The position numbers and the translations under genes were made by a program. Positions 15,475 to 24,157 of a stretch of DNA of 64,000 nucleotides are shown in pieces. The notes below the pieces were generated by a model. The model ran no database searches. It had not been told where the DNA came from and saw only the letters and a list, made by a program, of their open reading frames with translations. Source of the stretch: Bryobacteraceae bacterium. GTDB lineage: Bacteria; Acidobacteriota; Terriglobia; Bryobacterales; Bryobacteraceae. The stretch spans positions 15,595 through 79,594 of the forward strand of contig JBIKOG010000008.1 of assembly GCA_044358225.1 (NCBI GenBank). The letters run 5' to 3'. Every line of letters starts with the position of its first letter. The stretch's first letter is position 1.

Positions 15475-16221
15475 ATGAAGGGCATTATCCTGGCGGGGGG
15501 CAACGGCACACGGCTGATGCCGTTGACCGCGGTGACGAACAAGAGCTTGTTGCCGGTCTACGACCGTCCCATGATTTACTACCCGCTGCAGATGATGGCG
15601 GAAGCGGGCATTGAGGAAGTGCTCATCGTGACCGGCGGCGCCAACTGCGGCGAGATGATGCGGGTGCTGAAAGACGGCAGCCAGTTTGGGTTGAGCCGTT
15701 TGTACTTCACGGTGCAGGAAAAGGCCGGCGGCATTTCGCAGGCGCTGGCGTTGGCCGAGCAGTTCGCGCAGGGCGATAAGACCTTCGTGGTGCTGGGTGA
15801 CAATCTGGTTTTCGGCGGGAATGTGGCGGGCGCGGTGCGAGAGTTTGCGGCGCATTCGGAAGGCGCGAAGGTGTTTTTGAAACGGGTTGCGGATCCGGAA
15901 CGGTTCGGCATCGCGGGGATTTCGGATGGGCGGATTGCATCGATTGAAGAGAAGCCAAAGGCGCCGCAATCGAACCTGGCGGTTACGGGATTGTACCTGT
16001 ACGATGCGACGGTGTTCGATAAGATCCGGCAGTTGAAGCCGTCGGCGCGGGGGGAATTGGAAGTGACGGATTTGAACCGGTTGTACCTGGAGGACGAACA
16101 GTTGGGCTACGCGATGCTGGACGGCAACTGGATTGACGCGGGGACGTTCGATTCGCTGGCGGAGGCATCGGAGATGGCGCAGCAGGCGGCGGAGACGGTG
16201 CAACTGGCGGTGGCGGCGTGA
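15475..16221 (+). CDS. rfbA: Glucose-1-phosphate thymidylyltransferase (short form)
   Basis: 'MKGIILAGGNGTRLMPLTAVTNKSLLPVYDRPMIYYPL'. Followed by rfbC and rfbB. Confidence 0.8.
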   Translation: MKGIILAGGNGTRLMPLTAVTNKSLLPVYDRPMIYYPLQMMAEAGIEEVLIVTGGANCGEMMRVLKDGSQFGLSRLYFTVQEKAGGISQALALAEQFAQGDKTFVVLGDNLVFGGNVAGAVREFAAHSEGAKVFLKRVADPERFGIAGISDGRIASIEEKPKAPQSNLAVTGLYLYDATVFDKIRQLKPSARGELEVTDLNRLYLEDEQLGYAMLDGNWIDAGTFDSLAEASEMAQQAAETVQLAVAA

Positions 16222-16772
16222 GCGCGGTGATGGAGTGTCCGGTGCGGACGGAGATTCCGTCGTGCACGCCGGGGTTGGGGCATCTGATTATGAGCCCGAC
16301 GTCGGCCAAGTTGATCGACGGGGTGCTGGTGGAAAACGCCGCGCTGTGGCCGGACGATCGCGGCTGGTTCCAGGAGATCTTCCGCTTCGGGCGCGGGCTG
16401 GTGCAGAACTACCCGGCGGCCACGACGCAGGTTTCGGCGGCGGTGAGTTTTCCCTCCATCATCAAGGCGTTCCACATTCACCACTTCCAGACGGACGTGT
16501 GGGCGCCGATGACCGGACTATTCCAGGTGGCACTGGTGGACCTGCGGCCGGAGTCGCCAACGTTTGGCGAGAAGAACACGTTGTATGTGGGTGAACAGCG
16601 GCCGTGGCGCATCCTGATCCCGCCCGGCGTGGCCCACGGCTACAAGATCGTCAGCCCCGGCAGTGGGGTATTGGTGTACGCAACCGACCGTTTCTACGAC
16701 CCGGCCGACGAAGGCCGTATCGCCCACGACCATCCCGCGCTGGCCTATGACTGGTCCACCCAACACAAGTAA
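16218..16772 (+). CDS. rfbC: dTDP-4-dehydrorhamnose 3,5-epimerase
   Basis: 'DDRGWFQEIFR', 'KAFHIHH', 'PPGVAHGY'. Start is GTG 16218 (GTGA overlap with rfbA) or ATG 16290. Confidence 0.8.
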   Translation: MSAVMECPVRTEIPSCTPGLGHLIMSPTSAKLIDGVLVENAALWPDDRGWFQEIFRFGRGLVQNYPAATTQVSAAVSFPSIIKAFHIHHFQTDVWAPMTGLFQVALVDLRPESPTFGEKNTLYVGEQRPWRILIPPGVAHGYKIVSPGSGVLVYATDRFYDPADEGRIAHDHPALAYDWSTQHK

Positions 16773-16781
16773 AGGAACATC

Positions 16782-17810
16782 ATGCACATCTTTGTTACCG
16801 GCGGCGCCGGATTCATTGGCTCCCAGTTCATTCGCGATTGGGCGGAGAAGTTTCCCGAAGCGCACATCACCAACTTCGACAAGCTGACCTACGCCGGCAA
16901 TCTGGCGAATTTGACGGCGGTGGAAGGGCGCCGCAACTACAGCTTCGTGCGCGGCGACATCTGCGACCGCAACGCACTACTGGAAGCGATGCCGGCGAAT
17001 GTGGACGCCATCGTTCACTTCGCCGCCGAGTCCCACGTGGACCGCAGCATCACCGGCGCGGCCGAGTTCGTCCGGACCAATGTGATGGGGACGCAGGTGC
17101 TGCTGGACGTGGCTCGCGAGCGCGGCGCCAAACGGTTCCTGCACATCTCCACCGACGAAGTGGGCGGCACGATGGGGCCGGAGGAGTGGTTCTTCGAAGA
17201 CTCCAAGCTGGACCCGCGGAGCCCGTACGCCGCCAGCAAGACGGCGGCGGAACATCTGGTCCGCGCGGCCGGCGCCACGTTCGGCATGGACTATGTGATC
17301 ACCCGCACGAGCAACAACTACGGCCCGTATCAGTTTCCGGAGAAGCTTTTACCACTGGCGATTTGCAATGCGCTTTCGGGCCAGCCGATTCCGGTCTACG
17401 GCGACGGGCTGCAGATTCGCGATTGGGTTCACGTGGCCGACAATAGCAAGGCGCTGCAGTTGGCACTGTTACAGGGCAAGGCCGGGGAAACTTATCACAT
17501 CGGCGGGGGGAGCCCGCAGACAAACATCGACGTGTTGCGGACGCTGCTGTCGATGCTGTGTTGCCACGAATCGCTGATGAAGCGCGTCACCGACCGGCTT
17601 GGCCACGACCGGCGCTACGCCGTCAGCTACGCGAAGATTGAGCGGGAGCTGGGCTGGCGTCCGGAGATCTCTTTCACCACCGGGTTGCGCGCGACGATTC
17701 ACTGGTATCGCCAGAATCAGGAGTGGGTGAAGGCGGTTCGCAATGGCGAGTATTTGAACTACTACAAGGCGCAGTACGGGTTGAATCTGCCGGCCGGACA
17801 GGTTGTCTAG
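16782..17810 (+). CDS. rfbB: dTDP-glucose 4,6-dehydratase
   Basis: 'MHIFVTGGAGFIGSQF', 'FAAESHVDRS', 'YAASKTAAEHLV', 'DGLQIRDWVHV'. Confidence 0.92.
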   Translation: MHIFVTGGAGFIGSQFIRDWAEKFPEAHITNFDKLTYAGNLANLTAVEGRRNYSFVRGDICDRNALLEAMPANVDAIVHFAAESHVDRSITGAAEFVRTNVMGTQVLLDVARERGAKRFLHISTDEVGGTMGPEEWFFEDSKLDPRSPYAASKTAAEHLVRAAGATFGMDYVITRTSNNYGPYQFPEKLLPLAICNALSGQPIPVYGDGLQIRDWVHVADNSKALQLALLQGKAGETYHIGGGSPQTNIDVLRTLLSMLCCHESLMKRVTDRLGHDRRYAVSYAKIERELGWRPEISFTTGLRATIHWYRQNQEWVKAVRNGEYLNYYKAQYGLNLPAGQVV

Positions 17811-18905
17811 ATGGCGTTCGCGGAGGTGGCACTGGCGGCGTTGGCGATGGGTGTGAACTATACCGTCGCCCGGGGTACGAGAAGGCTGTGGGTCTTGCTA
17901 TCGGCGTGGACGACGATCAGCCTTTGCTCCGGCGTTGCCGAAGGGATCCGCTTCTACGAGTGGATGCCCGGCGCCACGTGGGTCCGCGCGCTGGGGTTTT
18001 TGTGGTTTTTGCTGGCATTGCCCGGGTATGCGCTGGCGCGGTTGTGGAAGCAATCGCGCGTGGAAGTGGACACGGGCCGGCGGCAATTGTTGCGCGCTGG
18101 CGCCACGCTGGCCGCGGCGCCGCTGGCGGCCACGGGGTTCGCGATTCACAAGGCGCGACAGGACGCCGAAGTGCGGGAAGTGGAACTGGCTATCCCGAAC
18201 CTTGCACCCGATCTGCAGGGCCTGCGACTGGTTCAGCTGAGCGACATCCACCTGGGCGCGTTCTTCTCGCAAGCGCAGTTGCGCCGGGTGGTGGAACAGG
18301 CCAACGGGCTGCGCGCCGATCTGGCTATCGTCACCGGTGACCTCATCAGTTCCTATGGCGACCCGTTGGAGGAGGCCATTGCCGAACTGGCGCGCCTGCG
18401 TCCGAGCGCCGGGATCTACGGGTGCCTGGGGAACCATGAGATTGTGGCGGAGTGCGAGGCGCCGGCGACGCAGTTGGCGGCCCGTCGCGGCATGCGGTTT
18501 TTGCGATCGCAATCGTCGACGCTGCGGTTTGGGCAGAGTAAGTTGAACATCGCGGGCGTGGACTATCAGCGCCTGGGCAGCCCGTATCTGGCGGATGCGG
18601 CGAGAATGGTGCGGCCGGGTGAGCTGAACCTGTTGCTTTCGCACAGTCCGGACGTGTTCCCGGTGGCGGTGCGGCAGAGGTGGGACGTTGTGTTATCGGG
18701 CCACACACACGGCGGACAGATCACGCTGGAGCACCTGGATTCGCGGTTGAATCCGGCACGTTTCTACACGCCCTACACCTACGGCAGGTACACGCAAGAC
18801 GGGTCGTCGCTCTTTGTCACCAGCGGACTTGGTACCGTGGGAGTGCCGGCGCGTTTGGGTACGAACCCGGAGATTGTCTCGATACGGCTCACCTCACGCG
18901 CCTAG
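17811..18905 (+). CDS. Membrane-anchored metallophosphoesterase (YkuE-like)
   Basis: N-terminal TM helices, then 'LVQLSDIHLG', 'IVTGDLIS', 'GNHE', 'LSGHTHGGQI'. Confidence 0.8.
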   Translation: MAFAEVALAALAMGVNYTVARGTRRLWVLLSAWTTISLCSGVAEGIRFYEWMPGATWVRALGFLWFLLALPGYALARLWKQSRVEVDTGRRQLLRAGATLAAAPLAATGFAIHKARQDAEVREVELAIPNLAPDLQGLRLVQLSDIHLGAFFSQAQLRRVVEQANGLRADLAIVTGDLISSYGDPLEEAIAELARLRPSAGIYGCLGNHEIVAECEAPATQLAARRGMRFLRSQSSTLRFGQSKLNIAGVDYQRLGSPYLADAARMVRPGELNLLLSHSPDVFPVAVRQRWDVVLSGHTHGGQITLEHLDSRLNPARFYTPYTYGRYTQDGSSLFVTSGLGTVGVPARLGTNPEIVSIRLTSRA

Positions 18906-18915
18906 GAGTTGGACC

Positions 18916-20229
18916 GTGAACCGCCGAAACTTTCTTGCTTCCGCTTTGGCCGCTAACGCTGCACCCGCGCCGGTCGTTCTGCTGGATGACGGCGGCTGGT
19001 GCTGGTTCGAAGACGAGCGCGCGTTGATTGTTGGCGATCACCTCATCTTCGGCACGGTGGCCACCGGCTACAAAGACCCTGCCATTACCGGGCAGATTCG
19101 CGCCACGCAGTACAACCTGAGAAGCGGCGCTTCCTCCACCTTCACGCTCCACGATCCGGCCAAGGACGAGAACCAGAAGCAGTGGACGGACGACCACAAC
19201 TCTCCGGCTTTCCTCCTCCGGCCCGACGGGAAGCTGCTGACCACCTACGCCCGCCACGGCACGCGCAATGAGATTCACTACCGCATCTCCACCGGCAAAG
19301 GGAGCGCCGCCCATTGGGAAGCGGAGCAGGTCTTCATCCCAAGCCGGAAGTCGCGCATTACCTACTCAAACCTCTACTACCTGAGCAAAGAACGCCGCCT
19401 GTACGACTTCTTCCGGGGATTCGACAACTCGTATAAGCCGTCCTACGCCTGGTCGGACGATCTGGGCAATACGTGGAAAGCTGGTGGCATCGTCATCGAT
19501 GTCCCGCTTCAATTCCGACACCGTCCTTACGCCAAATACTGCTCCAATAACACCGACACCATCCACATCGCCTACACCGAAGGTCACCCGCGCAACTTCG
19601 ACAACAGCATTTACCACGTGTTCTATCGCGATGGCCAACTGCACCGCTCCGATGGCACCGTGATCCGTTCGCTGCGAGAGGGACTGAAGGCGCCGGAAGA
19701 GGGAACCCGCATTTTCCAGGGCGGGCCGGAGGCCGTTGCGTGGACGACGGACTTCCACGTTCTTTCGAACGGCGAGTTGCTGCTTTTCTACACGGTGCAG
19801 AAGGACGGCGCGCGGCGAATGACGGAGCCGAACGGGTTCGACCATCGCTTCCGGCTAGCGCGATGGGATGGACGCGCCTGGCACGACCACGAGATCGCGC
19901 GCGCCGGCACCCGGCTCTATGCCGGAGAGGACAATTACACCGGGCTGGCTGCGATCGACCCGCACGACCCGAAGACGCTCTTCATCTCCACGAACATCGA
20001 CCCTAACTCCGGCGCCGCACTGCCCTATCGCGAGATATTCCGCGGGCGCACAGAGGACTTTGTCCGCTTCACGTGGACTCCGGTGACGGCGAACTCGGCG
20101 GCCGACAACGTGCGCCCGATCATCCCGGTCTGGCCTGGAAAGAAACGCGCACTCCTGTGGTTGCGGGGAAAGATGCGCGCCTACACCGACTACAGTTTCG
20201 AAGTCGTGGGCCTGTTTGAAAAACGCTAA
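18916..20229 (+). CDS. Tat-exported hypothetical protein, BNR_4/sialidase-like beta-propeller (from memory)
   Basis: GTG 18916 gives the twin-arginine signal 'NRRNFLASALAANAAPA'. 'HIAYTEGHPRNFDNSIYHVFYRDG' resembles the BNR-4 family. Confidence 0.5.
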   Translation: MNRRNFLASALAANAAPAPVVLLDDGGWCWFEDERALIVGDHLIFGTVATGYKDPAITGQIRATQYNLRSGASSTFTLHDPAKDENQKQWTDDHNSPAFLLRPDGKLLTTYARHGTRNEIHYRISTGKGSAAHWEAEQVFIPSRKSRITYSNLYYLSKERRLYDFFRGFDNSYKPSYAWSDDLGNTWKAGGIVIDVPLQFRHRPYAKYCSNNTDTIHIAYTEGHPRNFDNSIYHVFYRDGQLHRSDGTVIRSLREGLKAPEEGTRIFQGGPEAVAWTTDFHVLSNGELLLFYTVQKDGARRMTEPNGFDHRFRLARWDGRAWHDHEIARAGTRLYAGEDNYTGLAAIDPHDPKTLFISTNIDPNSGAALPYREIFRGRTEDFVRFTWTPVTANSAADNVRPIIPVWPGKKRALLWLRGKMRAYTDYSFEVVGLFEKR

Positions 20230-20263
20230 CCTGGCGCGGCCACGGGCTGGTAGTGTGTAAAGA

Positions 20264-21037
20264 GTGCCGCCAGAGATCGCCGAGTTTTCCCACGCATATT
20301 TCGCCCGGATGGCGGAGTTGGAAGACAAACACCCGTGGACGCGCCACATGCGCGAATTGACGTTGGACCTGCTGACCAGAGCCGGCGGCGATGGCTGCAA
20401 ACGGCGCCTGGATGTGGGCTGCGGAACCGGGCTTTTTCTAGACAACTGGCGGCGGCGCGGCACGGCGGAACGGTTGACGGGCGTGGACTTCGCCTACCCC
20501 GCGTTGGAGTTCGCCCGACAACGCACGGAAGCCGAATGGGTGACGGCCAGCGCGGCGGCCTTGCCCCTGCAGGATCAATCCTTCGACGCGATCCATTCCG
20601 CGGACGTTTTGCAGCATCTGGCAATCCACGAAGTAGGCCCGGCGTTTGAAGAGTTCGCGCGCGTGCTGAGCCCCGGCGGGCTGGTGGCGTTGCGACTGCG
20701 CGGCCCCCGCTGGCTGACGGCCACGCCCGATACCGACTACTCCGTCACGTTCACGCCCGCGCAAGTTCGGCAACAGTTGGAACGCTGCGGGTTCCAGGTG
20801 GTGTATCTCTCGCTGGTGAACACGCTGCCGTCGTTGGCGGCGGAGTTGCGGGAGCGGATGTCGGCGAACAGCCGGGGTGATGCGCCGGTGAAGGGCATCA
20901 GTTGCCATGCGGAAGGGGATCCGCGATCGGCGGGCCTGGCGCTGTATCTGCGAATGGAACGAGTCTGGTCCTACACGCTGGGCTTGCCGTTGCCCTTCGG
21001 GCACACCATTATCTGCGTCGCGAAAAAGCGGGGCTGA
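20264..21037 (+). CDS. Class I SAM-dependent methyltransferase
   Basis: 'RLDVGCGTGLFL' motif I, 'FDAIHSADVLQHL', 'LSPGGLVAL'. Confidence 0.75.
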   Translation: MPPEIAEFSHAYFARMAELEDKHPWTRHMRELTLDLLTRAGGDGCKRRLDVGCGTGLFLDNWRRRGTAERLTGVDFAYPALEFARQRTEAEWVTASAAALPLQDQSFDAIHSADVLQHLAIHEVGPAFEEFARVLSPGGLVALRLRGPRWLTATPDTDYSVTFTPAQVRQQLERCGFQVVYLSLVNTLPSLAAELRERMSANSRGDAPVKGISCHAEGDPRSAGLALYLRMERVWSYTLGLPLPFGHTIICVAKKRG

Positions 21038-21041
21038 GCGA

Positions 21042-23006
21042 TCAGTTCCCGGTGGGCTGGAACCGCAGGCGCAACCACACCTGCATGCCCATGGGATGGG
21101 CGCCGTAGATCGGCGACAGATTCGCCGGCAGTTGAAAGACTTGAAACTGGCCGCCCAACGCGGGACGGAGAAAGCTGCTCACCTTGGGGAGTTCGTAGGA
21201 ATACCCGGCGGTGTACGCCTTGATGCGCGTATACCGGTACTCCTCCAACAGACGCACGTAGGGCGCCTCTTCAAACAGCAGCAGCGAGTCCTTGTCCGTC
21301 AATTCCGCGCGGCCCCAGATCCAGTGCTTGTCCTTGAAAAACATCGTGGATTCGGCGGTGTAGGAGTTGAACGTCTGCCCCTGTACGCGGGTGGGCACCA
21401 GCACGATGTGTTCGCGTTGCCCGTTTGGCTTCCTAGGCGGCGCCGATTGCAGAATCGACAACAACTCGCCGTTGGGTTTCTGCGTGTAGGCCAGATCGTG
21501 ATTGCGGCCCCAGACAAGCGTCGTGGCCCAGTGGCCGCGCGCGGTTGGCAATACGTAGGTGGCGGAGGACGTCTGGCGGAAGGAATCGCGATCGGGGTGG
21601 GTGGCTTCGCGATTGTTAATGCGCCCGACGGAATACTGCATGGCCCAGCGGGAGGTTGGGGTGACGGTGACACGGGAGGCGAAGGAATTGATCGGGCCAA
21701 GTTCGATGCCCCAGCGCTTCTCATCCGGCTCGCGGCCGTGGAAACCGCTGGCCTCCAAAGTCACCCAGCGATGTGTCACACCCAATGTGGTCACGTTGGC
21801 GGCGATGTGTGTCGAATCCTGATAGTGGTGCGACATCACCGCCATCGGATTCTCCGATGTCGAGATGCGATGCGGGTAGGCGGTGGGTCCGATTGCCGGA
21901 TCGCCGCGCAGGCCCGCGTAGAGGTTCAACGTGGTGTTTTCGCTCAACCGGTATTGATACGACGCGCCCAGTTCCTTGACGAAGTCGTGCGGGTGCTGGC
22001 CGTTCAGAATCGGAATGTTCTTCCACGTTTCACCCGTCTGCAGCAGCAGCGGGTAGCGGCCATTGGTCACCGTCAGCGGCTCAATGGAGAACATCGTACG
22101 GACGGTGAAGATGCCACCCGCCAAGCGGCCGCTGGCCATCGGCATCACCCAGCCGGCGCCGAAGGTCTTGTCGCGCCCGCGCGGTCCGCCCTGATTGGTG
22201 TAAATGCCCCACAGCGTACCGTTGAACATCACATTCCAATTGCCGATCTGCTTGTGCAGCATCTGCATCGGCCGGGCGCCCGGCGTCTGGCTGGTGCCAC
22301 TGACGAACATGCCCGCGAACGCCGCCGAACTCGCCGTCATCCCCGCCGTCATCGTGCCGTCCATGACGGCCAGTTTCACGTCGCTCAGCGGTATGCCAGC
22401 GAAGATCCCCTCACCTGCCTGCCAGCCGTCGTAGCAATCGCCGCAGACGCCTTTTGACTCGGGCTTCTTCCCGTTCTTCGCCGGGGCCGTAGCCTTCGCC
22501 AGATCACTGCCACACGGGCACTCCGCTTCCAACGCGCACTGGCCGCAGCCGCCTTTCACGCAACACAAGAAGCGCTTCTCGCCCACCAGCGTTTTCTTGG
22601 CGGCCAGCAAAGCGGTCAGCCCCTCTTTCAACTCCGGGGGCAACTCGCCGGTGCCCGGCATGGCCTGCTTTTCCGCCGGCAGCAGTTTGATGTTCTCCGC
22701 CTTGATTCCCGGCAGGGATCCGCGACCGCTCTTCCATCCAGCCATGCACTCGCCGCAGGCGCCCATCCCGCGCATCACGTTCGCCGCGCACGCGCAGGAT
22801 CCGTTCTTGCGCATACACAGGTCGCAGCTTGGTTTCACGCAACAGGCATACCGGCCCTTGGCCTGCAGCGTCTTTTTCGCCGCCGCCAGCTTCGCCTGGG
22901 CCTGCTTCAAGTCTTTGTCCGCTTTGGTGGGGGTGGTGTTCCGCCGCCCGCCTTCATGGGCCAGCAGCAGGCTGGCGGTCATCAACAGTGTCAACGCTAG
23001 CCGCAT
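21042..23006 (-). CDS. Exported protein: two tandem 8-Cys modules + Met-rich linker + ~430-aa all-beta domain (function unknown)
   Basis: Signal peptide 'MRLALTLLMTASLLLA'. 'KGRYACCVKPSCDLCMRKNGSCAC..GACGECMAGW' and 'EKRFLCCVKGGCGQCALEAECPC..GVCGDCYDGW'. 'MDGTMTAGMTASSAAFAGM'. 'HPHDF', 'HHYQDSTH'. Confidence 0.75.
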   Translation of the reverse strand: MRLALTLLMTASLLLAHEGGRRNTTPTKADKDLKQAQAKLAAAKKTLQAKGRYACCVKPSCDLCMRKNGSCACAANVMRGMGACGECMAGWKSGRGSLPGIKAENIKLLPAEKQAMPGTGELPPELKEGLTALLAAKKTLVGEKRFLCCVKGGCGQCALEAECPCGSDLAKATAPAKNGKKPESKGVCGDCYDGWQAGEGIFAGIPLSDVKLAVMDGTMTAGMTASSAAFAGMFVSGTSQTPGARPMQMLHKQIGNWNVMFNGTLWGIYTNQGGPRGRDKTFGAGWVMPMASGRLAGGIFTVRTMFSIEPLTVTNGRYPLLLQTGETWKNIPILNGQHPHDFVKELGASYQYRLSENTTLNLYAGLRGDPAIGPTAYPHRISTSENPMAVMSHHYQDSTHIAANVTTLGVTHRWVTLEASGFHGREPDEKRWGIELGPINSFASRVTVTPTSRWAMQYSVGRINNREATHPDRDSFRQTSSATYVLPTARGHWATTLVWGRNHDLAYTQKPNGELLSILQSAPPRKPNGQREHIVLVPTRVQGQTFNSYTAESTMFFKDKHWIWGRAELTDKDSLLLFEEAPYVRLLEEYRYTRIKAYTAGYSYELPKVSSFLRPALGGQFQVFQLPANLSPIYGAHPMGMQVWLRLRFQPTGN

Positions 23007-23008
23007 AT

Positions 23009-24157
23009 CTACTTACCGCCGGCCACCACGGTGAAGGGGCCCGTCTCCACGACGCCGGCCCGCTGAATCTGCACCCACCCGCGGTAACGACCGGGCTTGG
23101 GATACCGGGCCAGGAACGCCAAATGCCCGTCCTTGCCCGCCTTCGGGTCCAGTTCATCGGGATGGGAATGGACGAACGTTTCGCCGTCCTCATGCACCAG
23201 GATCAGATGCCCCAGAGCGCCCAAATACGGCTGCACATCGTTCACTAGCGCCCCGGTCTTCGCATCGCGCACCACGCAGGCCATCCGCAACGTCTTGCCC
23301 GCGGTGAACTCCGTTTGCGCGAAAGCCACGCGGATGGAACCGGAGGCTGTTTCCCCAGTCAGCTTTTCCGCGGCGATCACAAACCGGTCCGACTTCTTCC
23401 CGCCGACTTTCATACGAACCGGAATCACCTGCCCGCCGGCACCCTTCGGAGCGACGTCCACGAACAGCGTGTAGTCACCGGCCTGCGGGAATGTGTAGCG
23501 AAGACGGAACGCGCCATCGGCGGCCATCTCCGGATGCTCGTGAGCGAAGACGCCCAGGTCCTCACGGACCACGATGAAGTGCATGAGCTTTTCGTGCTGC
23601 ACGTCGAACTCGCGAACCCGCGCGTTGTTCTGCGCGCGGGAAAACACCGCGATATCCAGGTCCACCGCCTCGCCCGCCTTCGGGCTCTTCGGCGTTGCGC
23701 GAACCTCCGCATAGAAGGGCCGGGGCTTGGCTTTGCGGTTCTTCGCCGCTACCGCATCGCCCACTTGGAGCGGAAACTGTACTTGAAACTCGGTACCGCC
23801 GGGAGGGGTGATGAACAACTGCAACCGATACTCTCCGCCGTGCGGGAACAGGGGGTGCACGCCGTACTCGCCGGGCACGCCTTCCGGGTGCGCGCTTTCG
23901 GTCATCTTCGCCATACCGGGCATCGTCGGCATGTCGATCACGCTCCGCGCCAGCGCCCGAATCACCGGCGCGGCGCCCATCACCGCATCCACCTGCGTGG
24001 CGTCCACAACGCGGTACTCGATCTGCATCTCTTCCTGTGCGGCCAGGCCATCGGCCGGCAATCGCAGGGTGACCTGGTACTTCCCGGCCCGCACCGCAGG
24101 CAATTCCGTCTGTCCCCAGACCACGCCCGCCAACATCAGGAGAGTTGTGAATCGCAT
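23009..24157 (-). CDS. Exported protein with three tandem beta-sandwich-like repeats carrying H-P-(E/D) His motifs and a Met-rich loop (function unknown)
   Basis: Signal peptide 'MRFTTLLMLAGVVWGQ'. 'MPTMPGMAKMTESAHPEG', 'LMHFIVVREDLGVFAHEHPE', 'LGHLILVHEDGETFVHSHPD'. TAATG overlap with the upstream gene. Confidence 0.75.
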   Translation of the reverse strand: MRFTTLLMLAGVVWGQTELPAVRAGKYQVTLRLPADGLAAQEEMQIEYRVVDATQVDAVMGAAPVIRALARSVIDMPTMPGMAKMTESAHPEGVPGEYGVHPLFPHGGEYRLQLFITPPGGTEFQVQFPLQVGDAVAAKNRKAKPRPFYAEVRATPKSPKAGEAVDLDIAVFSRAQNNARVREFDVQHEKLMHFIVVREDLGVFAHEHPEMAADGAFRLRYTFPQAGDYTLFVDVAPKGAGGQVIPVRMKVGGKKSDRFVIAAEKLTGETASGSIRVAFAQTEFTAGKTLRMACVVRDAKTGALVNDVQPYLGALGHLILVHEDGETFVHSHPDELDPKAGKDGHLAFLARYPKPGRYRGWVQIQRAGVVETGPFTVVAGGK

